DNA from: Candidatus Aenigmatarchaeota archaeon
GTDB taxonomy: Archaea > Aenigmatarchaeota > Aenigmatarchaeia > PWEA01 > JACQIF01
DNA: 64,000 bases
Direction: 5' to 3'
Assembly: GCA_016432325.1 (NCBI GenBank)
Contig: CP066684.1
Span: 768,001 to 832,000, forward strand
Part shown: piece after piece, positions 18,856 to 29,026 of the stretch
How the letters are laid out: the number at the start of each line of letters is the position of its first letter
Position numbering within the stretch: the first letter of the stretch is position 1
Program-made: the position numbers and the translations under genes
The notes under the pieces: model-generated
Databases searched by the model: none
What the model was told of the DNA's origin: nothing
What the model saw: only the letters and a program-made list of their open reading frames with translations

Positions 18856-19227
18856 CAGTGTTATATCAGAAGCGCGTCAACGGCTTCCCTAACCGAAACC
18901 AGCCTTTTGCGTGTCTTTGGAACAATTAAACTATCAAAGAGGGGGTAAAAGACGGAAAAAGAACGGTTTATAGCGCTTCGTTAACCCCGAAGAAACCGTT
19001 TCACGTCAGGTTTATATACCACCCGAGGACTAATAGGCAAGCTTGGAAGCGGTCGGTAGGGTTACGTCTACCGAGTGTTTCCAAATAACAGACGCGCGTC
19101 AAGAAGGTCTGACGAGACCTTACGTAACGACGTCTGGGCGCCGTTTAAACCTGGATAACGGGCAAATGGTGCTAAGACAAACAGTCCTGTAAAATCTGCA
19201 GGACTGAACGAATAGAGGTGAAATACA

Positions 19228-21474
19228 ATGCAACTGAGAAAACTGGCAAGCACTGCCGTCGGAGCCCTATTGGCCGGCGCAACGCTCGCTGTTCCAGCGC
19301 TCGGTGCCTCTTTGGATGACCTCCCATCGCCGTTCGTTTCGGACGGTGAGGCGGACTTCACCATAGTGGTAGGCGCGGACGCGAATGCAGCCGACATAGT
19401 AGGAGCCGTAGACATCGCAGCCAGACTCGGCGGTGAGACCGTAACAACGGAATCCGCTGCGGCTGGAGAAGGCCAGGAAGACGTCGAGCTCGGAGAGGTT
19501 CTCTCCACTGAGTTCGGCACAACCCTGGACGACGACGATGTAGGCGTGCTACAAGACACATCGATAGGTTTCGACAGCGAAAACTGGGACGTCCACGACG
19601 AGATCCGTCTCGCTTCGACAGGCCCTGCTCTTGAAACGAGCTTGAGCTCGAACGAGGAGGACTACAAGGCAGCCCCGGTGATGGAGATAACGGCAAAAGG
19701 CGACATCGCCTACTACTACCTGTTCGACGAGGCCATAAACCTCTCGGCAAGAGTAGACAGCGACACTGAGCTCGAGATAGACTTCTTGGGCAAGCAGCTG
19801 ACCATATCGTCCATAACCGATGCCGACACAATGAAGGCCCAGGTAGGAGAAGAGATTGACTTGGACGCGGGAGAGTCCGCGACCGTTGAAGGCAAGGTTG
19901 TGACGCTGATACAGACCAGCTCCAGCGACGCCAAGATAGATGTCGACGGCACCACAGGCGTAATAGCCGAAGGCAGCACCAAGACAGTCAACGGCCTTGA
20001 GATAAAGGTGGACACCATCTTCGACGACGAAGGATCCGTGGACGACTCCGCAATCCTGATAGTCGGCGAGGACGCTGAAAAGACATACGACAACAACGAC
20101 GAGTACATAGACTTCTGCAGCACGACAGGAGGAGACGACGACTGCGACGAAGACAACCCTGACTGGGTGTGGGTTCTCAACGGCCTCACAACCCTACAGA
20201 AGGGTGACGTCACGGCAGGCGGCGGCCCGACGATAGGCATACAGAACGACTTCGTCCAGGATGCGAACACAAAGGAACCGCTTCTGGAAGGAGAGACTCT
20301 CTGGCTGCCTCACGACTTTGCCAAGATAGCCTTCGAGGACTTGGTGGCCGACGACTTCGTTAAGGTGACGATAGAGTTCAACGACGCAATCGACGTGTCT
20401 GACGCGGACTTCGGAGGCATCAACTTCGGAACAAGCGAAGACGGCTTCCTCATAACGGCCGACGTAGAGGAGTCGCTTGTGCTGGAAGACCTTGCATCCG
20501 GATGGAACGCAAGCTACATCACCGCTGACGTGTCGACAGAGAAGATAGCCCTCATACTGAACGAATCGGCGATGGCTATACAGGTCTTCTACTGGGACAC
20601 GAACAACGACGAAGTGCTGGCCGGAAACCTTTCGATACTGCAGGGAGCAGACGCCCTTGCAGCCGGTCTCGACAGGTTCGGCTTCGTGGACTTCAAGGAC
20701 ACGACTGGTTCGACAAGAATGCCGCTGGCATTGAACATCTCGAACGAATCGGCGGACAACCAGTTCTTCCTGGGGTTCATGAACAACGACACCGAAGTGG
20801 CGGACGAAGCGACAGACGACCTGTTCATACAAATGGGAACAGCTGCCCTGATTGACAGGGGAACAGGAACAGCCGCATTCGATTCGTTGGGCCCAGTGGT
20901 GGACGATTCGGAGACAGGAGAACTGCTGTACGGCAGGAGCTCCAACTCCACGGCACCGAACACCCTGAAGGTAGGCACGCGCGACGAAGACCAGCTGACG
21001 GCATACGGCGTCAAGGTAGGAGACCCCGACTCCAACGGAGCATCTGACAAGGTGATCCTGTGGGTTCCGGGCGACCGCCAGGAAGGCCGCATAACCATCG
21101 GCTCTAGCGCAACGGTAACCGCGGCAGGCGAGCGCAGCGGACAGATAACAACGTCTGTCTCGAAGCTCGACACCGAAACCACGGCAGAGTCTGAGGGCAA
21201 CCTCATACTCGTGGGCGGACCATGCGCCAACTCGCTGGTTGCGCAGCTTGCTGACGCAGACAAGTACGGCTGGACGTGCGACGAATCGGTAGCCTTGGGC
21301 GGAAGCGGATACACCATCGAGATAGTCGAGGATGCATTCGCTGACGGCCAGGTAGCCCTGATCGTTGCAGGCCAGAACGCAGACGACACCCGCGATGCGG
21401 CATCCCGCGTACAGACCTTCGACACAGACGGTCTGACAGGAATGTCCGTCAGGACAGGCGTCTACGCAGCCTAG
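19228..21474 (+). CDS. S-layer protein
   Basis: Signal peptide; IVVGADANAADIVGAVDIAARLG N-domain; NLILVGGPCANSLV...IVAG C-domain; very acidic; GAGGTGA SD. Confidence 0.88.
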   Translation: MQLRKLASTAVGALLAGATLAVPALGASLDDLPSPFVSDGEADFTIVVGADANAADIVGAVDIAARLGGETVTTESAAAGEGQEDVELGEVLSTEFGTTLDDDDVGVLQDTSIGFDSENWDVHDEIRLASTGPALETSLSSNEEDYKAAPVMEITAKGDIAYYYLFDEAINLSARVDSDTELEIDFLGKQLTISSITDADTMKAQVGEEIDLDAGESATVEGKVVTLIQTSSSDAKIDVDGTTGVIAEGSTKTVNGLEIKVDTIFDDEGSVDDSAILIVGEDAEKTYDNNDEYIDFCSTTGGDDDCDEDNPDWVWVLNGLTTLQKGDVTAGGGPTIGIQNDFVQDANTKEPLLEGETLWLPHDFAKIAFEDLVADDFVKVTIEFNDAIDVSDADFGGINFGTSEDGFLITADVEESLVLEDLASGWNASYITADVSTEKIALILNESAMAIQVFYWDTNNDEVLAGNLSILQGADALAAGLDRFGFVDFKDTTGSTRMPLALNISNESADNQFFLGFMNNDTEVADEATDDLFIQMGTAALIDRGTGTAAFDSLGPVVDDSETGELLYGRSSNSTAPNTLKVGTRDEDQLTAYGVKVGDPDSNGASDKVILWVPGDRQEGRITIGSSATVTAAGERSGQITTSVSKLDTETTAESEGNLILVGGPCANSLVAQLADADKYGWTCDESVALGGSGYTIEIVEDAFADGQVALIVAGQNADDTRDAASRVQTFDTDGLTGMSVRTGVYAA

Positions 21475-21489
21475 AAAAACAACGTCGTT

Positions 21490-21528
21490 GGAGTCCGGGA
21501 TTTAACCCGGCTCCCTTTCTCTTTTTTA
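21490..21528 (+). terminator. Hairpin plus U-rich tract after the S-layer gene
   Basis: GGAGTCCGGG-ATTTAA-CCCGGCTCC followed by CTTTCTCTTTTTT. Confidence 0.55.
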
Positions 21529-21534
21529 ACAAAA

Positions 21535-22914
21535 TCAGCGTGAGCCCTGTATCTCATAGACGACAACGGCTTCCGGCTTGCCCCACTGGCTGAACGAACG
21601 GAGTTTCGCGTAGTGTTCGCGCGCGTACGCGGCCGCGTATTCAGGCACGACTGGTTCGAAGTCGTATATCAGCGCGTACCTCGCGGTTATCTCAGAAAGG
21701 TGGGCGGGATCCTTCGGGAAGACGAGGACCTCCTTGCCCGCGAGCACTTCTATCCACGGGTTGACGGCATAGACCGATTTGTTTATGGCGCGCTCGCCCC
21801 CGGGAGGATATGCGGAAGAGTAGTACTCGGATAGTATTGCCCCCTCCGGAAGCGTCTTCAGATACTCCGCGGCCTCCCTGAGCGCCTTTCCGCCGTCAAA
21901 GTCCCCTGCCACCCTGTCATTCGCGGCAGAGAGGGACAGGGCGCACATGGCGACAACGCCGAGTGCGATGAACTGCCTGTTGTTGGGAGCGAGCCTCCAC
22001 CAGCTGGCCGCGACCAGCGCGAAGGCCGGGAAGAACGCGACAAGGAACCGCACCTCCTTGTGCGTCTGCAGGCTGAGCGTCAGCACTGCAACCGCGCATA
22101 TGGTGAGGAACAGGCTGGGCCTCCTGCGCGTCACTTCGAGAGTGGCGCCTGCCAGCACGGCCAGCGCAAGAGGCCCGAATGTCTCTGCGGCTCTCGCCGC
22201 GTAAAAGTACCACGGATCGGGCTGCAGGCCCGTGACTATCGTAAGGCTCGTCATGAGCCCTCCGAAAGGATTGCCGTAGTATGCGGTTCCGAGCAGGAAG
22301 AGGGGGATGAGGCCGACCAGAGAGCCGGACACGAACGCAGCCGCGGAACGCGGCCCGGACTTCTTCAGCAACCACAGTGCGTATATCGGAAACAGTATGC
22401 CTCCAGGATAGCGGGCCATGAAGGCGAGGCCCGTCGCCACGCCGGCCAGGAACGGGTGCGCGATTTTCTTGTGCCCGTAAAGGAAGAGCAGGGAAAGCGC
22501 GAAGAAGAAGGTGAAGAGGGGCTCTGTCAGCGTCTTGCTCTGGAAGAAGAGGAACTGGCTGAAGGATGCGAACACGGCCGCCGCCATAAGGCCTTCTGTC
22601 CGGCCGTAGACGCGCCTCCCCGCGAGGTAGACCAGCGGTATGGTTGCGAGCCCGAACAGCAGGACGACCACGCGCGACGGGAAGACTGTATCAATGCCCA
22701 GAGCAGCCAGCACGAGAGGCAGAAGAGGCTGGCGGAACGACTCCACGGACGTGCCAGAGTACAGGGAATAGTGGCCTTCCATCAGGCCGTGAGAGAGGCC
22801 CAGATAAACGGCTTCGTCCCACCACATGCCCTCGTTGACAAAAAGGAAGGACGTCGAGTACGCGGCAGAAAGAACAACCACGAGAAGGAAGGCGTGGTCC
22901 CAGCCCAGTTTCAT
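21535..22914 (-). CDS. GT-C superfamily glycosyltransferase (ArnT/PMT_2-like)
   Basis: WWDEAVY, RQPLLP, LTEP, KEVRFL; multi-TM. Confidence 0.8.
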   Translation of the reverse strand: MKLGWDHAFLLVVVLSAAYSTSFLFVNEGMWWDEAVYLGLSHGLMEGHYSLYSGTSVESFRQPLLPLVLAALGIDTVFPSRVVVLLFGLATIPLVYLAGRRVYGRTEGLMAAAVFASFSQFLFFQSKTLTEPLFTFFFALSLLFLYGHKKIAHPFLAGVATGLAFMARYPGGILFPIYALWLLKKSGPRSAAAFVSGSLVGLIPLFLLGTAYYGNPFGGLMTSLTIVTGLQPDPWYFYAARAAETFGPLALAVLAGATLEVTRRRPSLFLTICAVAVLTLSLQTHKEVRFLVAFFPAFALVAASWWRLAPNNRQFIALGVVAMCALSLSAANDRVAGDFDGGKALREAAEYLKTLPEGAILSEYYSSAYPPGGERAINKSVYAVNPWIEVLAGKEVLVFPKDPAHLSEITARYALIYDFEPVVPEYAAAYAREHYAKLRSFSQWGKPEAVVVYEIQGSR

Positions 22915-22943
22915 TATTTATATCTCCCCTCCAGATTACACCC

Positions 22944-24206
22944 ATGATAGAGCAAATAATAACCTACTCCGCCCTGTATATATCCCTGTTCTTCTCTGTC
23001 GTCGTCCTGTTCACGCTGCTGTCCAACCGCGGAACGCTCCACTCGTATCCGACGGCGAAATCCCTGCCTTTCGTGAGCATCATCGTGCCGGCGTGGAACG
23101 AGGAGCGCTACATAGCCGCCACAGTGCGTTCGCTGCTCGGTCTCGACTACCCCAGGGACAAACTGGAGATCCTCGTCGTGAACGACGGTTCCACAGACCG
23201 CACGTCTGAGATAGCGAGGACCCTTGGCAGGCGGCACAAGAACCTGCGCGTGATAGACAAGCCCAACGGCGGCAAGGCCTCCGCGCTGAATATGGGCGTC
23301 TCGCGCGCACGCGGCGCCATCGTCGCATGCATGGACGCCGACTCGGAGGTCCATCGGTCTGCGCTCAGGATGATGGTGGGTCATATGGACAATCCGCGCG
23401 TCGCGGCAGTCACGTCCTCGATGAAGATAAAGAACAAGAACGCCAGCCTCATGACAAAGATGCAACACACAGAGTACTTGTTCCACATGCTGCTCAGGAA
23501 GGCGCTGTGCTGTCTCGACTGCCTGACAGTTGCCCCCGGACCCTTCTCTCTCTACAGGAAATCCGTCGTGCGCTCCGTGGGAGGCTTCGACGACTGCAAC
23601 CGCGTGGAGGATATGGACATGACGTTCAGGATACACCGCGCCGGCTATAGCGTCGAGAACGTGCTTGACGCGCATGTCTGGACCAACGGGCCGACGACGT
23701 TCACCGGCCTGTTCAACCAGCGCATGAGATGGTTCCGCGGCCTCATAGGAACGACGCTCAAATACAGGGACATGGTATTCAGCAGAAACTTCGGCAACTT
23801 CGGCATGTTCCTCCTGCCGGCCAGCTCCGCCTTCGCCGTATTCACGTCCCTCCTGTTCATGGTCATCGTTCTCAAGATGAGTTATTCCATAGCCGCGTCC
23901 CTGTGGAGCATGCATCTCATCGGCTTCGACTTGGCGTACGTCACGGCGGGCCTCAGGATGCCCGAGCTTTCGGTGCTCCTCGTCGACTTCAGGACGGCCA
24001 TATACGTTGGCGTTTCCATGCTCGGCGTCTTGATGCTGCTCCTCAGCTACAGCAAGGCGCGCGAGCGCGTCAGGGACGGCGCGGCAGGCGTGCTCGGCTT
24101 CCTCCTCCTCATGCCCCTGCTGCTCTCCTTCTTCTGGACGCTGGCGATGTTCTATGAACTGACAGGCAAGCGCAAGATGTGGCTGCACAAGGGTGAGGCG
24201 AAGTGA
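22944..24206 (+). CDS. Processive GT2 glycosyltransferase (PgaC/cellulose-synthase-like)
   Basis: IVPAWNEE, DGSTD, GKASALN, DADS, VEDMD, QRMRW. Confidence 0.88.
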   Translation: MIEQIITYSALYISLFFSVVVLFTLLSNRGTLHSYPTAKSLPFVSIIVPAWNEERYIAATVRSLLGLDYPRDKLEILVVNDGSTDRTSEIARTLGRRHKNLRVIDKPNGGKASALNMGVSRARGAIVACMDADSEVHRSALRMMVGHMDNPRVAAVTSSMKIKNKNASLMTKMQHTEYLFHMLLRKALCCLDCLTVAPGPFSLYRKSVVRSVGGFDDCNRVEDMDMTFRIHRAGYSVENVLDAHVWTNGPTTFTGLFNQRMRWFRGLIGTTLKYRDMVFSRNFGNFGMFLLPASSAFAVFTSLLFMVIVLKMSYSIAASLWSMHLIGFDLAYVTAGLRMPELSVLLVDFRTAIYVGVSMLGVLMLLLSYSKARERVRDGAAGVLGFLLLMPLLLSFFWTLAMFYELTGKRKMWLHKGEAK

Positions 24207-24877
24207 AACGCATGGACGGCAAGATACTGGCCGCGGCCTTCGCGGTGTCCGCCGTTCTCTTTCTCTCCGGCCTGGGCCTCGGCCTGTTGGTCAGCGAGGA
24301 GAAGGCCGACTATCTGGGCGCGCAGGTTGAGCAGGTCGATTCGGACATAGAGTCGTTGCAGCTCGAGTTCCTGCTTCTCGACACCATAGGCGAGAACGCC
24401 ACGTGCCGGCTGGTGAAGGACAGGCTGCGCGAGGTCAACTCGCAGTCCTACGAGCTGGGCAACAAGGTCGGCGCGTATGAGGACAACGAGGAAGGGATCA
24501 ACGGCGAGTCTCTGGACCTGTTGAAAAGAGCCTACTACCATTCGCTGATCAAGTACTGGATATTCAACAAGAAGGTGGAGGATGTCTGCGGGGAGAAGAC
24601 CGCGAACATCATATACTTCTTCGTCCGCGATTGCTCCGCGTGCCAGGACCAGGGCGTTGTCCTTAGCTACTATAAGGAGGTCTTGGGAGAGAACCTGCTG
24701 GTCTTCCCGATAAGCGCGGACTTCGAGGATCCTTTCGTGCAGACGCTGAACGGCTACTACAACGTCACGAGCTATCCGGCCCTCGTCATAAACGGGGAGA
24801 AGCACGAAGGATTCCTGTCCAAGAAAGAGCTTGGCGACCGACTGTGCCAGACCGGCCAGTCGCTTCCCATATGCTAG
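24203..24877 (+). CDS. Membrane-anchored protein with C-terminal thioredoxin-like fold
   Basis: IIYFFVRDCSACQDQG, YPALVING. Confidence 0.65.
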   Translation: MKRMDGKILAAAFAVSAVLFLSGLGLGLLVSEEKADYLGAQVEQVDSDIESLQLEFLLLDTIGENATCRLVKDRLREVNSQSYELGNKVGAYEDNEEGINGESLDLLKRAYYHSLIKYWIFNKKVEDVCGEKTANIIYFFVRDCSACQDQGVVLSYYKEVLGENLLVFPISADFEDPFVQTLNGYYNVTSYPALVINGEKHEGFLSKKELGDRLCQTGQSLPIC

Positions 24878-25284
24878 CCCGTCCTGTTCTGCTGGACGAG
24901 CTGTCTCAAATATTCCTGTTGCGCGGCAATCTGCTGCGCGCGCTGGGCCTTTATCTCGTCCGGTATTTCGTTCGTGACGGACGCGGACGTTATCGCGCCC
25001 ACGTCCAGAGCCTGCGTCCATGCGATTGTGCGTTCGTTGTCAAAGTCGTACAGCTTCGCTTCCTGCAGGCAGAAGCAGTGGTCCGCGCCGTTGACGCGCG
25101 AGACGAATCCGTATTCGAGCCCCTTCAGGTCCGCCGTGTCTCCAAGAGCGCCGCAGACGGTCATGCACGCGTTCGTACTGCCGCTCGACGGGAGCGCGAC
25201 TGTTCCGCCGCCTGCGACATAACCGGCCGCGAGCAGGACGAGCGCGACGACAATAAGCTTGCCATTCTTTGCGAGCGCGTGCAT
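24874..25284 (-). CDS. Secreted Cys-containing hypothetical protein
   Basis: N-terminal TM; CxxxC, CxC. Confidence 0.5.
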   Translation of the reverse strand: MHALAKNGKLIVVALVLLAAGYVAGGGTVALPSSGSTNACMTVCGALGDTADLKGLEYGFVSRVNGADHCFCLQEAKLYDFDNERTIAWTQALDVGAITSASVTNEIPDEIKAQRAQQIAAQQEYLRQLVQQNRTG

Positions 25285-25327
25285 TACAGTACCACAATCC
25301 ACTAGCCGTCGGCCTTGTATATAAACC

Positions 25328-26278
25328 TCACGCGTCCCTGACGCTGACCACGAACTTGTACGCGGACTCTCCTGTGCTCGGCGGCGTGCCCGGAGGCGCC
25401 TTGACCTTGAACGTAACGATCTTGGTGGCCTTCGGCCCTATCGTGGTCTGGGCCGGATAGAAGTCGCCCGTGTCGTTCGCGAACAGGAACGTCCATATGC
25501 CGTACTTGCCGAATTTTGTCGTGTCGGTGTAATCGGCCTCGTTCTTAAGATAGAGTTCGACGCCAACCGATTCGTCTCCCTTCCTGTTGTACAGCTCTAT
25601 GTCGTACGTTGCGTACTCGTCCGTCGGTGCGAACGTTTCAGGCGCGGACGACGAAACCGTAATGCACGACGCTCCGTCGCATCTCAGCGAACAGCACAGC
25701 TGGTTGGCGTACGTGCCCGGCGACGCCAGATGGGCGTTCGTTGTGCCGCCCGAGCCGCTCTGGAAAGAGACAAGCGCCGACTCAAACGGTTTGCAGGACG
25801 TGCGGATTACGCAGTTAAGCTCGTTGGCCGCGCTGCCTGCCTTGGTCGCGCGACCGCATGCTTGCCAGCCGTAGTTGCCCGTTCCGAATGCTTCGGCATG
25901 CGCATTTGTGTAGTTGGATAATGACAGGATTCCGGATTCGTCCGCTCCGCATACGGACGCCTGGACGAACGAGGTTGTGTTCAACGTATCGCAGACGACC
26001 TTGTTGGCGTACGCACCGTCGCCGGAAGGCCGCGCGCCGTGCGCGTTGTCAGTGCCGCCTGCGCCGTTTTGCAGCGTGAATATAAGGGACTCGCCTGCGT
26101 TCAGGCCGCCTGTTGTGATTCTGCAATTGATGTCAGGCGTCGCTTGGCTGAATGCTTCGTCTGAGAACGTGATGAAGCCGACAAGAAGAACGGAAGCGAC
26201 AAACACCATCTTTAAAGCTGTTGCTTTAGACTTCCCTCGATGAGCCCTCTTCCAAGCTCGTGAAGCCTTTAAATCCAT
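25328..26278 (-). CDS. Secreted Cys-rich protein with three NAH repeats and a C-terminal Ig-like domain
   Basis: TDNAHGA, TNAHAE, TNAHLA, each followed by Y..C. Confidence 0.6.
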   Translation of the reverse strand: MDLKASRAWKRAHRGKSKATALKMVFVASVLLVGFITFSDEAFSQATPDINCRITTGGLNAGESLIFTLQNGAGGTDNAHGARPSGDGAYANKVVCDTLNTTSFVQASVCGADESGILSLSNYTNAHAEAFGTGNYGWQACGRATKAGSAANELNCVIRTSCKPFESALVSFQSGSGGTTNAHLASPGTYANQLCCSLRCDGASCITVSSSAPETFAPTDEYATYDIELYNRKGDESVGVELYLKNEADYTDTTKFGKYGIWTFLFANDTGDFYPAQTTIGPKATKIVTFKVKAPPGTPPSTGESAYKFVVSVRDA

Positions 26279-26322
26279 GAACCGATTATTGCTGGCCAGC
26301 CTTATAAACCTTGGGTGATTGG

Positions 26323-26562
26323 ATGCGTGTCGTCTGCCTGTTGCTTGCGCTGGTCGTTCTGGTTTCAGGTTGCCTCGCGTCTCTTGACCCGTATTGCCGT
26401 TCCCTTGCGAACGAGCTGAGCGAGGAAGGCCGGGCGTGCAAGTGCGTGGGCATAGACGAGGTCAAGACGGGCGCTGACGTGAAACCGCTCTGCAGGTGCA
26501 CGTGCGACGTCGGCGGCAACATCACTACAGTGGACATCGCTCGGACAACTAATCCTTCGTAA
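26323..26562 (+). CDS. Small Cys-rich lipoprotein
   Basis: Lipobox VSGC; CKC, CRCTC. Confidence 0.55.
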   Translation: MRVVCLLLALVVLVSGCLASLDPYCRSLANELSEEGRACKCVGIDEVKTGADVKPLCRCTCDVGGNITTVDIARTTNPS

Positions 26563-27673
26563 TCTCTCTTATCACTGTCGTTGCGTACGAACCTTTCTTG
26601 AGCTCAAATCGCAGCGTTGCCGAGCCTGACGCGGTGGAGAACGCAATCTTGGGGTATATCATCGCGCTCCTTATCGCGCCTTTCTGCGCCAGCTCTGGCA
26701 TCTTCTGCACAAAAAAGTCCTCTTCTGTGACGCTCTCTTCTTCGAGCACCTTTCGTACGCAATGGTCGAACTCCCCCTTGCCGAGGCTCGTCTTGTATCC
26801 CGTCACGTGGGCAGGGAAGTTGGTTATTGTCTCCTTGCCTTCGAGGAAACGGGACAGCGCGAGATTGAAGATGTATGACTGGTACGCGTCGATGAACAGT
26901 TTTGCGAGTCCGAGAGGAAGCGCGCGCAGCGCCTGTATGGACCCGCCGCCTTCCGCGAGTACGGTCAGCAGCATCCGCTCGTATGCCATTCCTCTCGGGA
27001 AATATTCCAGCGCGCGCTTGTAGTCCTTCTCTCCGGCCAGACGCCTTCTCGCGCTCCTCGCGTCTTCGGTCTCCCCTTCAAAATCCAGAGCGAGGTAATC
27101 GAATACCGCTCCGTCAAAGTCTCCTTTGATAATCTTCCTGCCGACGCGATGCGTGACTGGACGGTTGGCTCCGAACCGTTGCGGGCCGAAGAAGTTGGGA
27201 ATTCCTCTCTGTTCTATTTCGTTTATGAGCACGCGCAAACGCTCGTCCGTCTCGCGGAGGCTGATCTTTATGCCACGAATCGTGACGGCGAATCTGTTAC
27301 CAGCGAGTTCTCCCAGATGGATAGGCTCGCCGATCGGTCTGTGTTCAAGAACGCGCAACCCGCTCTCCTCTATTTTCTCTATGTTGGCGCGTCCGGGCAC
27401 GGAAAACCACTGTTTCGTTATCGCGTAGCGGTCTTTCATTCCTGCGTACGCCACGGCGCGCCGCTTTAGGCCGAGCGCTTTTGCGATTCTCTGCGTTGTC
27501 TCGAAGGTGTCGAGCCCGCGTTTTTCGACAAACAGCGCGGTGAACGCGTCGCCCTCGGTGAACTCGAGAGGCATCTCTTCCACTACAAAGTCTTCCATCT
27601 TCTGCTTTATCTTGCCGCCTATGCCGGGCGCACGCGTCCAGTAGAGCAGTATGCCAAAATCCTTTTCATCCAT
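26549..27673 (-). CDS. truD: tRNA pseudouridine(13) synthase
   Basis: EDFVVEE, AGMKDRYAITKQW, GNRF, PNFFGPQRFG, KGSYAT. Confidence 0.95.
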   Translation of the reverse strand: MDEKDFGILLYWTRAPGIGGKIKQKMEDFVVEEMPLEFTEGDAFTALFVEKRGLDTFETTQRIAKALGLKRRAVAYAGMKDRYAITKQWFSVPGRANIEKIEESGLRVLEHRPIGEPIHLGELAGNRFAVTIRGIKISLRETDERLRVLINEIEQRGIPNFFGPQRFGANRPVTHRVGRKIIKGDFDGAVFDYLALDFEGETEDARSARRRLAGEKDYKRALEYFPRGMAYERMLLTVLAEGGGSIQALRALPLGLAKLFIDAYQSYIFNLALSRFLEGKETITNFPAHVTGYKTSLGKGEFDHCVRKVLEEESVTEEDFFVQKMPELAQKGAIRSAMIYPKIAFSTASGSATLRFELKKGSYATTVIREITKD

Positions 27674-27703
27674 AGCGAAGATGAGAGAAGAAGGCTTATA
27701 ATC

Positions 27704-28147
27704 CTAATTAACCAAGCCTTCGACCACCGCGGCGTCATGCTTTGCCGGCGCGCTCTCGGCCCACTTAATCGTCGCACCCTCGCTCCAACGATAATCAAAC
27801 TCGTCCCCTACACGCTGGGTCTTATAGCCTCCCCAGACGTCGAGCTTGTGTTTCTTGATGTCATAAAACGTGGAACCGACAGATTCGTGTACAACATGGT
27901 TCGCGTTTCTATACTGGTTATGGCCGTCTCCAAAGTATTGGCCTCCAGTCAAGAAAACGACCGTGTCCTCGGGCGAGCATCCTTTCTGCTTCCAGTTTTT
28001 CCACCAACCGTTATAAGAAACATCAACGCCGCTTCCGAGAGCCTTCGCGTCTATCTTCCTCACGATGTCGACGGCTTCGCCGAACTCTATCCTGTGGTCG
28101 ACTACCTTGCGTGCGCCTGTAAGAGCCTCTACGACGCCCTGAAACAT
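27704..28147 (-). CDS. Hypothetical protein
   Basis: Probable start MFQGVV in the divergent intergenic region. Confidence 0.4.
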   Translation of the reverse strand: MFQGVVEALTGARKVVDHRIEFGEAVDIVRKIDAKALGSGVDVSYNGWWKNWKQKGCSPEDTVVFLTGGQYFGDGHNQYRNANHVVHESVGSTFYDIKKHKLDVWGGYKTQRVGDEFDYRWSEGATIKWAESAPAKHDAAVVEGLVN

Positions 28148-28198
28148 GTAGTCCCATAAGGTAGTAACGTATTTAAGCTTATCTGCCGTTAGTGACGC

Positions 28199-29008
28199 AT
28201 GAAGGTATTGATGCTCGCGGACAATCACGGCGTGCAGGAATCCGTGGACGCGCAGATTGACGCGCTGCGCAAGTACAGCCTGTACGAAAGACCGAATCCG
28301 AAGAAAACAATTGTTCTGCACGAAGCGGTGCCTGAAAAGTGGACTGATTCCGTCGACCTCGAGCTCGCCAAGATGGAACGCACGTGGGCGGAACTCGGCC
28401 TGCCGCAGCATTGGGGACCGTCGGAACCGTACAAGGCGCTGTTCGGTTATCTGGGCGAGAATGGATACTCTCTCAACAATCTTGATCATGTGGTGGAGGA
28501 AAGAGAAGAGTTGGCAGGCGATTTCCTAAGCATTGTTAGAGCCGCGAAGAAGCCTGACGCAGATATGGAAAAAATATCCCGCAGACTTCAGCATTCGAAG
28601 ATGGAGATAGGCCCTCACAGGGAATACTGGTTTTGCACGCGGGTCGATGTTGCAGAAGACGAAGGCTACGAGACCGCAGTAGTCATAACGCACCCGACTC
28701 ACATCGATCCGGTTGCGGCTACTCTGACACGGTTCGACAGGCACGTTGTCGATACGAGATACAGAAACCGCGGACAGGAGGCCGCGCTGGGCAAAAAGGA
28801 GCGTTCCATACAGCTCCAGTACGCCAGACGGAGGAAGCTTACCACAACGAGGAGAGAGGCAGTCCCACTGGTTCCTGTCGTAGAGCTGGCGTGGGATATT
28901 GACAAGAAATTCAGGGAAAGCAGGATGAAGGAGATGGCGACCAAACATTCACGCCCCAGTCCGGTACAACGTCTCCCACGCTTCGTCGATGCCGGCGACG
29001 AAGGTTAG
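28199..29008 (+). CDS. Hypothetical protein
   Basis: 269-aa ORF. Confidence 0.5.
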   Translation: MKVLMLADNHGVQESVDAQIDALRKYSLYERPNPKKTIVLHEAVPEKWTDSVDLELAKMERTWAELGLPQHWGPSEPYKALFGYLGENGYSLNNLDHVVEEREELAGDFLSIVRAAKKPDADMEKISRRLQHSKMEIGPHREYWFCTRVDVAEDEGYETAVVITHPTHIDPVAATLTRFDRHVVDTRYRNRGQEAALGKKERSIQLQYARRRKLTTTRREAVPLVPVVELAWDIDKKFRESRMKEMATKHSRPSPVQRLPRFVDAGDEG

Positions 29009-29026
29009 GCGTGAGACAACTAAATC

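Noticed and set aside
19155-19180. GGCAA...GGTGCTAA resembling SAM-I or c-di-GMP riboswitch fragments
   Set aside because: The other conserved riboswitch elements are absent.
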